From a virus (taxonomy: Duplodnaviria; Heunggongvirae; Uroviricota; Caudoviricetes): 64,000 bases of DNA. The stretch is from IMG/VR virus record IMGVR_UViG_2938655777_000006, positions 16,983 through 80,982 of that record, one strand, 5' to 3'. Below, piece by piece: positions 9,936 to 20,734 of this stretch. The notes under the pieces were generated by a model. It saw only the letters and a list, made by a program, of their open reading frames with translations. It was not told the origin of the DNA and made no database searches. The translations under genes were made by a program, and so were the position numbers. The stretch's first letter is position 1. The number at the start of each line of letters is the position of its first letter.

Positions 9936-10409
9936 TCAATTAAAATCCCAAAGTTTGTACTGTATAAAAAATCCTACGTACTTCTCATTAACAAACATTT
10001 CATCCATGCGATAAAACTGTAGTTTGCCAATACCGAGATTTCTATTCTCATTAAAGAGCTCATCAATGCAGGCCAATATATGGTCATATCTTAAAACCTC
10101 ATAATCAGTAAGAATCGAATCTTTGTGTACAATCACTTGAAAATGAAGTATTCCAGACTTGAACTGTGGGCCTGAAGGTCTGTAATCCCTGAATGAGAAT
10201 GTCACATAGGATGAAGCTGTGTCAGCTATTGTAGGAACATGATTAAAGGGGAAGATGTTCTTATTTATCAGCTCTGAGGTATCTTCGATATCTGATTGAT
10301 CAAGATAGTCAGTCCCTGTGTACCAAACTGATTTACAAAGTTTCTGTGAACTCAATAAATGATTCAGTACGATCAAGCGATTTTTACCCAATTCCTCAAG
10401 TCTAGACAT
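9936..10409 (-). CDS. Putative tail terminator/completion protein
   Basis: 157 aa; position and beta-rich pattern. Confidence 0.5.
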   Translation of the reverse strand: MSRLEELGKNRLIVLNHLLSSQKLCKSVWYTGTDYLDQSDIEDTSELINKNIFPFNHVPTIADTASSYVTFSFRDYRPSGPQFKSGILHFQVIVHKDSILTDYEVLRYDHILACIDELFNENRNLGIGKLQFYRMDEMFVNEKYVGFFIQYKLWDFN

Positions 10410-10410
10410 G

Positions 10411-10923
10411 TTAGTTCACTACTTGATAATCTCTTACTAACTCATATTTCAAAAATCCACCTGCTACAGTATCTCTTGAATCGTCAAAGGTTGAAGCTAC
10501 CTGAATTGTTCGTTCGAGTGTTTCAGGGTTTGTACGATGAATTTCTTCGCCCAAACTATTACGAATAACCATTCGATAATAGTTACCATTGGGTTGCAAA
10601 TTTCCTAATTCGTACTTAATTGATATACATTCCAACGCTTCCATTGCCGAACTTTTGTCTTTATGAGTTGTTTTACTGAATGCCAACTTGAACTTGTTGT
10701 CTGTGGCTATTGAATAAGCATAAGCATATTGAGGATCAATTGCGACATCTAAATCAGCATCAATAATCTCAATTGTTGGTGTAGCACTGATTATAATATC
10801 TCCATCAATTCCAGACGAATGCTGTCTACCGAAGGGGAGGGGAGGAAAGATGAGCCAATTGTTATATACACCTTGCACAAATTGTTCAGGTCTTAGTTCC
10901 CCAAAACGAATAATTGCTTGCAT
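10411..10923 (-). CDS. Hypothetical protein within the head-tail module
   Basis: ATG at 10923 after SD AGGAG; no family recognised. Confidence 0.65.
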   Translation of the reverse strand: MQAIIRFGELRPEQFVQGVYNNWLIFPPLPFGRQHSSGIDGDIIISATPTIEIIDADLDVAIDPQYAYAYSIATDNKFKLAFSKTTHKDKSSAMEALECISIKYELGNLQPNGNYYRMVIRNSLGEEIHRTNPETLERTIQVASTFDDSRDTVAGGFLKYELVRDYQVVN

Positions 10924-10939
10924 GGTCACACTCCTAATT

Positions 10940-12154
10940 CTAAATAAGTGATTTAATTTCTATTTTTTTATTTTTATAAGCAAGCTTTGATCTATTCTGA
11001 CAGTGAAGCAAGAACGATCCTTTTTTGTTGTTTGCTTTAATCTTGCACGTATGTAATATCTGGTCTTGCTCTAAAATTGAGGCGAGTGAAGAGGGGGATG
11101 AGCCGTCAATATCTGTAATCCAATAATTAGTAATGTCATCTCTTTCGATACCATTATTAAAAACCGTTGACCTAAAATTTTTAATCATATTGTACTTAAT
11201 GCTATCATCACCAACAATTTCACACGAATAGTTGTTAGTAGTTGAAGCAGTTATATTAACATGAAGGGTCTTTGTAATATCTCTGAATGAAATAGACACT
11301 TTAACAAGTCCTTTTTCAACTGGGGTTAATAGACCAGTAGAAGAGATAGTAGCTTTCGATTCGTCATCAATTGCAAATATCAGTTCATCGCTGACATTGA
11401 CAACTTCACTTCTATTTTTAATTTCTATATTTATCTGTAAAGTTTGTTTGTCCTCTATTGAAATGTAGTCTCCATTTAGTATAGCTAACTGGTAATCGGC
11501 AACATTTCCATAGTAATCAGCAATTCCTAACTCAAGATTATCTTTAACAGGATTAATATCTCCAGAAGACCGCAAACTTAAATTTACAATACCTACATCA
11601 CTGACGCAATCGACATCTATAACTTCAAAAGCCTCGCCGCCAATAATAAAACGTTTTTCTTTTTTTATTTTTGAAGTGAATTGATTATATTGAGCAGCAA
11701 CTTGTCTCCGAGAAGAAGGTAAAATCATAGTTTTATCTTCATCGATTCCAATATTTGATCGTATATTTGAATATAATACGGAAGGCTGAGAATGAACACT
11801 TCCACTTTTATCTACCCATCGCAAATCGATATTACATTCTTCAAGTTTGCTTCGTTGATACATCTTATTGAAGTACGGTCTTTGAGTCACCAAAAAATTC
11901 AACTTGTTACTTATATTAAAAACTATATCGCCAGCTTTATAATCTCCGAACCTACTCAAAATATTTAGTACACCGTCTTTTGTAGATTGCTGAATGATAA
12001 CTCTTTTAGTTATGCCATCAATTAACACGTCAGTAGATTCGGGGGAATCAGCCAGAAGTTCATCAAAACCGCTTTGGGCAAACAAACTAAAATCATCGTT
12101 TTCAAATCCACTTACTCTACTGTGAGATCCCATTAGGTACCATGATTTAGACAT
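10940..12154 (-). CDS. Head-closure-like protein with Ig-like (Big_2) domain
   Basis: 404 aa; segment IDDESKATISSTGLLTPVEKGLVKVSISF is Big_2-like. Confidence 0.6.
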   Translation of the reverse strand: MSKSWYLMGSHSRVSGFENDDFSLFAQSGFDELLADSPESTDVLIDGITKRVIIQQSTKDGVLNILSRFGDYKAGDIVFNISNKLNFLVTQRPYFNKMYQRSKLEECNIDLRWVDKSGSVHSQPSVLYSNIRSNIGIDEDKTMILPSSRRQVAAQYNQFTSKIKKEKRFIIGGEAFEVIDVDCVSDVGIVNLSLRSSGDINPVKDNLELGIADYYGNVADYQLAILNGDYISIEDKQTLQINIEIKNRSEVVNVSDELIFAIDDESKATISSTGLLTPVEKGLVKVSISFRDITKTLHVNITASTTNNYSCEIVGDDSIKYNMIKNFRSTVFNNGIERDDITNYWITDIDGSSPSSLASILEQDQILHTCKIKANNKKGSFLLHCQNRSKLAYKNKKIEIKSLI

Positions 12155-12168
12155 ATTTTTACCTCCTA

Positions 12169-12561
12169 CTATTCATAGTAAGAGTTTTTTTTGAGTTTGT
12201 TGAACCTGTCGGCTATTTCCTTATCTAAATTGGTCAGCCTTATTTGCATTGTCCTTTTAGCATCACCCATACCAGTCAGTCCAATATCTTTACCCACGAT
12301 ATTTGTTAATTTCAATACTCTATCTAACTCTCTACTTAAATAGTGACGATACATGATCGCACCCAATTGATTAATTAAAATATTGTTCAGTTGAGTATTG
12401 AATTGTTTTAAGTCTTTTTGGTAATCCAATTGGGTTAATTCAAGCTCATAGTCTGCAACAGCTAAAAATAGAAATTGTTCAACTAAATCTTCGTCCAGTA
12501 ATACTTTAGACTGAGGTCTTGAATAAAAGTTTTCAAACACTTCTTCGAAACTTGTTCCCAC
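12169..12561 (-). CDS. Head-tail adaptor protein
   Basis: 130 aa helical protein starting MGTSFEEVFENF; position after the capsid genes. Confidence 0.55.
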   Translation of the reverse strand: MGTSFEEVFENFYSRPQSKVLLDEDLVEQFLFLAVADYELELTQLDYQKDLKQFNTQLNNILINQLGAIMYRHYLSRELDRVLKLTNIVGKDIGLTGMGDAKRTMQIRLTNLDKEIADRFNKLKKNSYYE

Positions 12562-12571
12562 AATTCAGCAC

Positions 12572-13063
12572 CTACTTAATTTCATCTTCCATTGTATAGC
12601 CCGTATATTCTTCTAAGAATTTAACTTTAGCTAAATCATTGAATTTTGTTTCTTTGGCAAACTGGATCACGGCGAACTTTTCAGCTTGTGTTTGAACGTT
12701 TGATTGAATAGTGTTTTCAAATTCTTTTTTTGCTTTAATTTTAAAAATCTCAGTCAAGAATTCTTTTGTTAAAATCTTTTGTTTCTCTGTTTCGTTTTCA
12801 AACCCAAGTAAAACTCTTGTTGGTTGGTCTTCAACAAACAGTCGAGCATGAGAGCCATTATTGTCTTTGCCCACAAAAAGTTTGTTGCCATTATACACTT
12901 GGGATTGGATTTCTTCGCGGGATAAGCGAACTTGGCCTTTTGCGGCAATTTTAACATCACCAACTGAATTAATGCGAGAGAAATATACATCCCAATTACA
13001 CAGATTTTTTACTGATACCTTTTCATCGAGATTTAGAGTATCATTTGTTACTACATCGGTCAT
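12572..13063 (-). CDS. Conserved virion morphogenesis protein
   Basis: ORF track, 163 aa, immediately downstream of the capsid gene. Confidence 0.6.
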   Translation of the reverse strand: MTDVVTNDTLNLDEKVSVKNLCNWDVYFSRINSVGDVKIAAKGQVRLSREEIQSQVYNGNKLFVGKDNNGSHARLFVEDQPTRVLLGFENETEKQKILTKEFLTEIFKIKAKKEFENTIQSNVQTQAEKFAVIQFAKETKFNDLAKVKFLEEYTGYTMEDEIK

Positions 13064-13089
13064 ATTTAAGCTCCCTTATGTTAGTTATT

Positions 13090-13117
13090 TACAGGTGTGA
13101 AAAACTCCACACCTGTA
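13090..13117 (-). other. 10-bp stem-loop downstream of the capsid gene (possible mRNA-stabilising stem)
   Basis: TACAGGTGTG (13090-13099) / CACACCTGTA (13108-13117); no U-tail on the coding strand. Confidence 0.45.
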
Positions 13118-13129
13118 TTTCAGTATTTA

Positions 13130-14251
13130 TTAGCCTACTTGTTCAATTTCGAAGTTGGTGTCAGAAATAAGTCCAACTTCATATTCACGACCTTTTGCAA
13201 GGTCAGCTCCAATTTCCATATCAAAACGAGTCATTTCTGTACCTGTAACTACATCGTTACCGGACATAGAAGAAATACCACCACGTTTGAAAATTTGAAG
13301 AGGGGCTACAGTAGCTTGTGGAATTACAAACAGCAAACCTTCAGGGAGATATGTATCGAAGTTATCTCCGGCAGCATTCATTTTAGTCAGATTATACTGA
13401 TTCGGTGTTTCAACAATAGGGCTGCCATTATACGTTGTGAGAAGTCCACTTTGACGAATTTCCTCCATAACAGCTTGAGATAGGAAATTGTTTTTCGCAT
13501 CAGTTGGATCAGCTTTAAATCCAGCAAATGAATTGAGCTGAGAAACAACAGAGTAGTCACCAGTCAAAGAGGGACGACCAAAGCGACGAACTTTTTTGAC
13601 AATATCATCAACAGAGGCTTTTGCGATACCAGCAGATTCCGCAAAGTATTTTACTCCAGATGCATTTTTGATACCGTTATACAGAGTAGTAATAACATAC
13701 AACATTGCTTTGTTCATCATATCTACCTGTACTTGTTGTAATCCTTCAGACACCTTATCCAGATTGCCACTAGCAATTTCACGGTAATTAACAGCATAAC
13801 CAGAGGAGATGGTCTTCGTGACAATAGGGTATTCGTTCCATACAGTTGTACCAAAGCTTACATCGCCTTGAGAGGCTTGAAAATTACTGCGGATAGATTC
13901 ATGTTTGTAGGTTTTAACCATTGCCTGTTCATCGTAACCAATCTCTTTAAAGGTACCCATAAAATTAAAAAGTTGGATTTGAGTTTGAAGATGTGGTTCC
14001 AATGCATAACGAACGATGGAGTTGAATTCTGCTTTCGCTGCAAGATCTCCATTGTGAGCGCGAGAACAAAGCTCTTTAATTCGATCAAAAGTAGCATCAA
14101 CTTTTTTACCGTATTTAGTTGTGTCGTTACCGCTTACGAGAGCTGAAAAGATCTCAACAATCTGAGATTGTGGGTTAAGCTTATTGTGTACCGAAAAGTC
14201 TTCATCTTTGCGAAGATTGTTGAGATTTAGTTCATAAATGCTATTTTTCAT
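13130..14251 (-). CDS. Major capsid protein (HK97 fold, SPbeta-like)
   Basis: 373 aa; follows the scaffold and decoration genes; C-terminal TRFDMEIGADLAKG family motif. Confidence 0.8.
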   Translation of the reverse strand: MKNSIYELNLNNLRKDEDFSVHNKLNPQSQIVEIFSALVSGNDTTKYGKKVDATFDRIKELCSRAHNGDLAAKAEFNSIVRYALEPHLQTQIQLFNFMGTFKEIGYDEQAMVKTYKHESIRSNFQASQGDVSFGTTVWNEYPIVTKTISSGYAVNYREIASGNLDKVSEGLQQVQVDMMNKAMLYVITTLYNGIKNASGVKYFAESAGIAKASVDDIVKKVRRFGRPSLTGDYSVVSQLNSFAGFKADPTDAKNNFLSQAVMEEIRQSGLLTTYNGSPIVETPNQYNLTKMNAAGDNFDTYLPEGLLFVIPQATVAPLQIFKRGGISSMSGNDVVTGTEMTRFDMEIGADLAKGREYEVGLISDTNFEIEQVG

Positions 14252-14282
14252 TATTATTAAAACTCCTTAAATTATGTATGTA

Positions 14283-14777
14283 TTAGTCTCTTACAATTAC
14301 AATGCCGTAAAAACCTTTTTCGCCAAAAGAGGTTTTCTCAAGGACTTTAATCCCAACCTTATAATCAGGATCAGCAGATACTTTCCATTTACCTTTTGCT
14401 TTAATGCTTGCTGTGTCATCTGTATCATCACAAGGAACAAGCACATCATTTTTATTAATAGCTGCGTAATCATCTTTTACGGTGTCATAGGACAGGTCAA
14501 CAGGCAGTCCAACCAAATCTGCAAGTTTAAAAGCCCGAACATATTCGCCAATATTAATTTTATAATCAGCAGAATTGCGAATTTCGGGTTTATCGATGAT
14601 ATTGTATACAACATACACATCGGTACTCTTTGCTTGTGTAGGTGTTGCCGCTGTTGGAGCTAATCCTGTAGCATCATCTGGGATAACGACATATCCATTT
14701 CTAAGTTCAATAGTTGCTTTAGTGCGGGGGTTATTTCGAACCTGTTTAAAGGCTCCGATTGTTCCAAACTTAAACAT
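14283..14777 (-). CDS. Head decoration/capsid-stabilising protein
   Basis: 164 aa between the scaffold and capsid genes. Confidence 0.55.
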   Translation of the reverse strand: MFKFGTIGAFKQVRNNPRTKATIELRNGYVVIPDDATGLAPTAATPTQAKSTDVYVVYNIIDKPEIRNSADYKINIGEYVRAFKLADLVGLPVDLSYDTVKDDYAAINKNDVLVPCDDTDDTASIKAKGKWKVSADPDYKVGIKVLEKTSFGEKGFYGIVIVRD

Positions 14778-14796
14778 TATTTATTTCCTCCAATTT

Positions 14797-16008
14797 TTAA
14801 TAAAGATCCTCATATGGCATTTTATCGCCATTGTTATTTAGTTCTAAAATGTCTCCATAAACATCAGCCGCTGAATTTAACTCCGTTTTATTATTTTTAC
14901 TTTCTCTTTGTTCAAGAATAGTCTTAGTAATATATGAATTGATCTCCGACAAAATAGTCACCATTTTTTCTCGCGAAGGTTCGGCACTAAATGTCTCAAT
15001 TTTTTCTTTTGCTGCTTCTTTTTCCTTATCTGTATAACGCGCAAGTGAGTTATTAAGTTCGGCTACTAATTCTTTATCTTCAGTAGATTTTTTAAAAGCT
15101 TTAAGCTCGTTAATCTCTGAAGTTAGAGATGCAATTTCAGATTCTCTTTCTTGTAAAACAGTCTTTGTTGAATTAATTTCTACATTCAATTTCTCATTTT
15201 CTTCAAGCGACTTATTTTTTTCGTTTGTCAAAGTAGAGTTAAGTTCGGAAATCTCTGTCTCCTTTTCAGAAATAGTTTTTTCCAATGAGCCAATTTTGTT
15301 TGTCAAAGAGTTGATCTCATTTGTTTTTGTCTCAATCTTGTTGTTTAGTTCAACAATTAGAGCATTTTCTGTCTTATCCATTTTTTTCTCCTTGTGTGTT
15401 CTATTATTTAATTCAAGTAAAACAGCATTATCATCAGAAGGTTCAATGCCTAAGATAGCTGATCCTGAATAATCGTAGATCATAGGTACTCTTCCTTTTT
15501 CTTTCCAACCGCCATCGTAAATAATAACTTCGTTGCTACTATCTTTTTTTTTGCCTATTTCTACGCTTGTTTCGGGAAGATTACCATCAAACATTTCACC
15601 TTTAAGCCAATCAACAAATGTAGAGTATCTTTGTTCAAATATGTAACCTTCGGCAATTAGCGCTCGTATTGTCTTGCCATTGACTTCTACATTGTCAACA
15701 TACGCGTTATCTGTAACACCAACTACAACACTGTCTACGAAAACTGGCTCATTGTCTTTGATCTCACTTAGGTAACCATGACCCCAAGGTTCGGACATAT
15801 TATAGTCTAAAAATTGAACAACAATCGGCATGTTTTTTGCGCTTTCAATATTGTTATTTACATATTGTTCGTTCCAACTAATACCGTTTTTATTCCATTT
15901 TGTTGGATCGTTTTGTATTTCATGTACAACCCACTTGATATATCTTCGCCCAGCGGCATTTTGTCGCTGAGATAACTCCAAAATTGATGACTTTAATATA
16001 ATATTCAC
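14797..16008 (-). CDS. Prohead protease with C-terminal coiled-coil scaffold; start probably ATT 16002 or ATA 15999
   Basis: N-terminal PWGHG, TSVE and GSAILG motifs; long heptad-rich C-terminal region. The GTG at 16008 overlaps the SD GGAGG. Confidence 0.75.
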   Translation of the reverse strand: MNIILKSSILELSQRQNAAGRRYIKWVVHEIQNDPTKWNKNGISWNEQYVNNNIESAKNMPIVVQFLDYNMSEPWGHGYLSEIKDNEPVFVDSVVVGVTDNAYVDNVEVNGKTIRALIAEGYIFEQRYSTFVDWLKGEMFDGNLPETSVEIGKKKDSSNEVIIYDGGWKEKGRVPMIYDYSGSAILGIEPSDDNAVLLELNNRTHKEKKMDKTENALIVELNNKIETKTNEINSLTNKIGSLEKTISEKETEISELNSTLTNEKNKSLEENEKLNVEINSTKTVLQERESEIASLTSEINELKAFKKSTEDKELVAELNNSLARYTDKEKEAAKEKIETFSAEPSREKMVTILSEINSYITKTILEQRESKNNKTELNSAADVYGDILELNNNGDKMPYEDLY

Positions 16009-16027
16009 CTCCCTTCAAAGACTGGAA

Positions 16028-17563
16028 TTAATGATTTTTAGGGTAGTCGTTTGAACCGTTCGTTTTAGATTTTATAGTATTTTCATTAGTGGGATTATCA
16101 TTACTTGGTCGTCCACCATTTTCTGTTGCTGTGTAAGAGGTGAGATGTGGTTTGTATTTTTCTTCAAAGTTTTCTGCAATTTCGTAATCCATAAGAGCGA
16201 GATAGGCATCAGGTCTAAATCCTGTTGCACTTATCCAGGCTATCAATGATCCCCTACCCAAAGTGTATAACTCTTTCATATTTGTGATTGTTTCACTTCT
16301 ATTGATATAGGTAATGGGGAGGTAATAAACCTCTATATAATCATTGGGATCTTGGATTATATTATAGTTGATGACTTTGTTAAATTCATTCTCAAGTTGT
16401 TCAATCCAAGAAAATATTTCAGCGGCAACCAAGTCTAAGTTCGTTTTTTGAGATGTAAAGTTGGAATCTTCGCCATTTAGTGCCGAACCAGCAAATCCCA
16501 AGTCTGTTGCAATCTTTTTAATTAATGCCTCTTCCGAATTAGTTTTCAATAGCTCCACATTTGCTGAAACTTTATCTAGCTTTGTGCCAGAAGCCACACT
16601 AAAAAAACTTACTTTTTTTCGATTACCCCTAGCAAATAATGCATTGCGAATATTGTCATGTTGATCTTTTTGCTGTGTATTTGTTAGTGAAGATGATCCC
16701 TTGGAATCCCCTTCAGGGAAAGTTTGATAAATAATTAAATTATTATTATCGTCCAATACACCTCTTTTTGATTCTGTAAAATAATCTTCATAAAGCATAT
16801 CTATAAAAGCAGCAAGCCCGATTGGTCTGCCATAAGGTTCTTCAATTGAAGCCCTCACCTTAGATGAGACTGTTTTCTTATTGTCTAGCACCATCCATTT
16901 TTTAGTTGTATCTTTTCGATATTCCTGATATTTCTTTCTAATCTCTTGAGGATATCGCTTAAGTTTTAGACTGCGACCATTACTCAAAAATTGATCAAAA
17001 TAAGATAAATTGAAAGCAACAACATATGAGGAATTTAAAGTACCAATAATTCTACAATAGTCTGTAGGTAGAGGCATTAAAGCACAATTAAAATCAAAAT
17101 CATTGATTTCTTTGATTTGAGATATATCATAGTCTTCTAAAGTAGAGGGGAGAGAGGAAGAGAGTTCGGTATTGAAATAGTAATAAACAATTCCGTCCAT
17201 TGCCAACTTTCTTATAGCGTCCCTGATAAGAACTTTGTCACGTATTTTCTTTAGAGATTTTTTGTATTTTTCAACATTTTTTTTTGACTTGTTATGATTG
17301 TTTTTATTTGTACTATAAACAACATTATCGAGCGTTGGAAGAGAAACCATATAGTCAATAACATTGGTATACACACCATTAGCATTATACATTCTTCCAG
17401 ACAGGTGCCTTAACTCCAGATGATATAGCATGGGATCTTTCAACCAACGTTTGACTTGTGAATTGGTTATTTCCCCGCTGTCTCCAATAAATAATTCAAA
17501 TGATCTTAGATTAGAATTCCACTCATATAAAGACTGATCTTTTTCATCGTTCAGCTTATTCAC
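16028..17563 (-). CDS. Portal protein; start probably CTG at 17554
   Basis: About 510 aa directly downstream of terminase; PYGRPIGLAAF family motif. Confidence 0.8.
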   Translation of the reverse strand: MNKLNDEKDQSLYEWNSNLRSFELFIGDSGEITNSQVKRWLKDPMLYHLELRHLSGRMYNANGVYTNVIDYMVSLPTLDNVVYSTNKNNHNKSKKNVEKYKKSLKKIRDKVLIRDAIRKLAMDGIVYYYFNTELSSSLPSTLEDYDISQIKEINDFDFNCALMPLPTDYCRIIGTLNSSYVVAFNLSYFDQFLSNGRSLKLKRYPQEIRKKYQEYRKDTTKKWMVLDNKKTVSSKVRASIEEPYGRPIGLAAFIDMLYEDYFTESKRGVLDDNNNLIIYQTFPEGDSKGSSSLTNTQQKDQHDNIRNALFARGNRKKVSFFSVASGTKLDKVSANVELLKTNSEEALIKKIATDLGFAGSALNGEDSNFTSQKTNLDLVAAEIFSWIEQLENEFNKVINYNIIQDPNDYIEVYYLPITYINRSETITNMKELYTLGRGSLIAWISATGFRPDAYLALMDYEIAENFEEKYKPHLTSYTATENGGRPSNDNPTNENTIKSKTNGSNDYPKNH

Positions 17564-17566
17564 CTC

Positions 17567-19417
17567 CTAGTTGTAAAAGAATTGAAAGTTGTATTCCTCA
17601 TTGCTTCTATTTAACAATTTTTCTCTACGTAATTGCTGTAAATGCCAAGCTAACATTGCCAAGCAGTAAGCTCTATCGTCGTGCATTTTAGATTCTTTTT
17701 CAGGTGAAAGCGCATATCTACGTCCACCGTTCGGATTATCATATCTATAAATATTGACGACTTCTTCTTTTGCTAAGTCAATATTCTTTAAAGCTAACTC
17801 TTCATCAAAAGAAAGTTTATGTATTTTCTCTTTACTGGTAACACTCTTGTTTTTGTTCTTCTTCTCATCTTCGTATTCAATTTCTTCATTATCGAAAAGG
17901 GTGAGATACCCCTTCATATCATATTCTTCTGTGAATGATATGAGGTCTAAACCAAGCATTTCAACTAAGGCATCGAACATTTCGGTTTTATATTTTTTAG
18001 GATTCATAAGTTTTATCTTGTCTGCCGCATTTGGGAATTTAGATATATAATCACTAGACTCTTTTTTGTCGATCAGACCTTTGTGTAAAATTCCTTTTGA
18101 ATCTGTCCAATCCTCCATAAAGTCATCAGCTATATTGACCCCACCACCACCAGCGCCTGAATCGATTAATAGTGCAGATATATTTTCGTAATCTGCTGAA
18201 TGAGTACCGTTATAATCAAGTATCATCTGTTTTAGATGAGCTATCTGTTCAGGCGTTCTCATTGGAGTCTTTTTTTCTTTGGCTATATCTACAAAACTTA
18301 CTCCGTTACAAATTCTCATTTTATAACCAACAGTTTCATCCCAGTAGATTTCTCCTACCATTGTAATTGAGTTATCATACGAACGTGCAGGGTCATATGC
18401 TAATGCTATTTTATTTCCTGTGTTATTATAGAGGAGAGGAAGTCTAACTTCGCTATTTCTTATGATTACAGACCTTTTAACTGCTTGATTCTCTCCACCT
18501 TCAGTGGAAAACTTATTATAGTACTCACGAAGTGCCTTTTCCTTATTTTTTCTCATTGCATCATCAATAACTTCTTGTTTAAGCAATCCAACTGGATATT
18601 TTTTACCGTTAAAAGTAGCATTAATAACGATTTCAGCATTTATGTCTGCTACAAAATATCGATTATCGCCAATAAACATTTTCTTAGCATAGTCTTTGTA
18701 TACCTTATAGAAATAGGTGTCGGTTCCAGATGCAGAAGAAGCAAATATTGCTTGGTTGGGAAATTGCTTAGGCTCAAGACTAATATCAATATCTCCACCA
18801 AGCTTAAAGTTACTATCTTGAGTAATAAAGGGGAGAGAGGTAACAAAAAGTTCTTCGGGGGCGAAACCACTCTCATCATATACATTTAAATTCGACCTTT
18901 TAGATCTGTTATTATCGTATGAGCCATTGAGAGAATTGAGCGCCGCGCCGTTGTATAGCTTATATTGAAATGAAGCAGGGTTGTGAGTAAATCCATCTGT
19001 ATTTGCTGAACTCTTTACGGTTTCATTGTAGAAAATATCGGTAAGACCAGTAAAAGACGAAATTTCTTTTTTTGCTATTTTTTCAATTTTGAGAAATGTT
19101 TCTTGGGCTTGCGAACCTACACCAGCCATAATGTAAGCCTGAAAGTTGGGTATCAAATTTGTTTTAGCCATAACAAAAGGAGCCAACATCGTTGTTTTAC
19201 CACTTCCCCGTGACTGACACCAAACGTTAAATGGGGTGACCCAACTCATCATAAATACATATTTTTGATTATCAAGAAATTCGATGCCATAGAAAATTTC
19301 GCAGAACTTAACAGGGAATTTCCTTCCATATTGAATTATTTTTGCTAGTTTTAAATACCCCTCAAGTTTCCTTGCTGATAGTTCTCCTTGGGTTTCTCTA
19401 ACAATAATATTAGCTAT
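17567..19417 (-). CDS. terL: Terminase large subunit (616 aa if started at ATA 19417)
   Basis: Walker A SRGSGKT, Walker B VYDES, nuclease-domain YDPA. The frame is open for 55 codons upstream of the track ATG, back to an in-frame TGA; SD-like GGATGGTGGTG lies 6 nt before the ATA. Confidence 0.92.
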   Translation of the reverse strand: MANIIVRETQGELSARKLEGYLKLAKIIQYGRKFPVKFCEIFYGIEFLDNQKYVFMMSWVTPFNVWCQSRGSGKTTMLAPFVMAKTNLIPNFQAYIMAGVGSQAQETFLKIEKIAKKEISSFTGLTDIFYNETVKSSANTDGFTHNPASFQYKLYNGAALNSLNGSYDNNRSKRSNLNVYDESGFAPEELFVTSLPFITQDSNFKLGGDIDISLEPKQFPNQAIFASSASGTDTYFYKVYKDYAKKMFIGDNRYFVADINAEIVINATFNGKKYPVGLLKQEVIDDAMRKNKEKALREYYNKFSTEGGENQAVKRSVIIRNSEVRLPLLYNNTGNKIALAYDPARSYDNSITMVGEIYWDETVGYKMRICNGVSFVDIAKEKKTPMRTPEQIAHLKQMILDYNGTHSADYENISALLIDSGAGGGGVNIADDFMEDWTDSKGILHKGLIDKKESSDYISKFPNAADKIKLMNPKKYKTEMFDALVEMLGLDLISFTEEYDMKGYLTLFDNEEIEYEDEKKNKNKSVTSKEKIHKLSFDEELALKNIDLAKEEVVNIYRYDNPNGGRRYALSPEKESKMHDDRAYCLAMLAWHLQQLRREKLLNRSNEEYNFQFFYN

Positions 19418-19435
19418 TCAAAACACCACCATCCT

Positions 19436-20476
19436 CTAAATTGCTTTTTTCTTTTCTATTTTCAATAGTCTGTTTTCTTCTTCAAGCACTTCAAGACGAT
19501 TTCTTAAAGATTCGATCATATTTTTTTGATCTTTTATCATCTCAGTGTAATCATTTTCATTAAGCATTAGTTGTTCAATGATACTCCTATTACTAATATC
19601 TGCAACTTGCTTCATTCCTTCACTTGTTGCAATGTCGAACACATTAATCTCAGCAGAGTCAATGCCTTTTTCGTTTAATTGTTTAATGATTCCCGACAGA
19701 GTACCTGAGCCTTTACTTTTATTGTTGTTATGATTGACTGAAATACCGTTATCTTTAGCAAGTGCGAGTACAGACTTGTACATTTTGTCTTTGCTATCTA
19801 TTAGTGATTTAATCATCCCTGCATTTTGGGCAATGGCTTTCGTATCAGCGGACAGAGAAGAGATAGTATTATTCAGTTTATCTAAATGGTTAAAGGTTTT
19901 AACAATTTCAATAACAGTAGGTAATTTGAAACCATCTTCTAATGTACTTTCATCTAAAAAATCAACTAGTTTATTATATAGATGCCTTTTATCATTTTCA
20001 TGTTCATATTCAAACGGATCATAGCCCACCATACGTATTACATCTGATTTATTTTGATTTTCAAACTCCAATTTTAAAATGTCATTGTCAGGATAATCGA
20101 CTGGCTCATTTTCTTTGCTGTTGTTATCAAAATCTAAATCTTCAGATGTACTTTGAAACCCATTGTCACTGTCTTTCCAAGTTAGTTCTCTGTACTTGGG
20201 TAGTCCCAATGTTTTCATGTATATCCCGAAATGGTCATGATTCTTTAACTTTGATTCTTCTTCAGAGGAAATCCACAAACTATGTATAAATGGTCTATTG
20301 ATTTGCATAAGTATGTCTTTAGCAGTGTTTATATCATCATAGTCAATTGAATTTTTCAAGCAATTTTTACAAACACTCAGCCGACCATCACTATCGAATT
20401 TATTGTAGGACTTATAAAAATACGAAAGAGCCAAGCTTTTCTCGCAAGAAATGCATATCTTCTTACTATCAGCCAA
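19436..20476 (-). CDS. Zinc-finger protein upstream of terL (putative terminase small subunit, YonG-like)
   Basis: TTG start at 20476 (SD AAGAAGGTGA); CxxC pairs CISC and VCKNC; position. Confidence 0.6.
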   Translation of the reverse strand: MADSKKICISCEKSLALSYFYKSYNKFDSDGRLSVCKNCLKNSIDYDDINTAKDILMQINRPFIHSLWISSEEESKLKNHDHFGIYMKTLGLPKYRELTWKDSDNGFQSTSEDLDFDNNSKENEPVDYPDNDILKLEFENQNKSDVIRMVGYDPFEYEHENDKRHLYNKLVDFLDESTLEDGFKLPTVIEIVKTFNHLDKLNNTISSLSADTKAIAQNAGMIKSLIDSKDKMYKSVLALAKDNGISVNHNNNKSKGSGTLSGIIKQLNEKGIDSAEINVFDIATSEGMKQVADISNRSIIEQLMLNENDYTEMIKDQKNMIESLRNRLEVLEEENRLLKIEKKKAI

Positions 20477-20734
20477 TACTTCACCTTCTTTGCATAGAAG
20501 AAACATAATAAAATTCCCATTTGATTGTGAAAAAGCATGGGGTAGGAGGGAGCAGCCTGTTTAAAGACGGAAGTCTCCCCATGAGAAACAAAAACAAAGA
20601 AACAGACAACAATGTTTGTCTGCTTGATCTTTTTACTTATTCATCATCAACAACCAATTAAATATAAAAACTCATCTCTTCGACATCGAATCTCAACATT
20701 TCAATATGAATAACTAATTATGTATGTTTATTGC

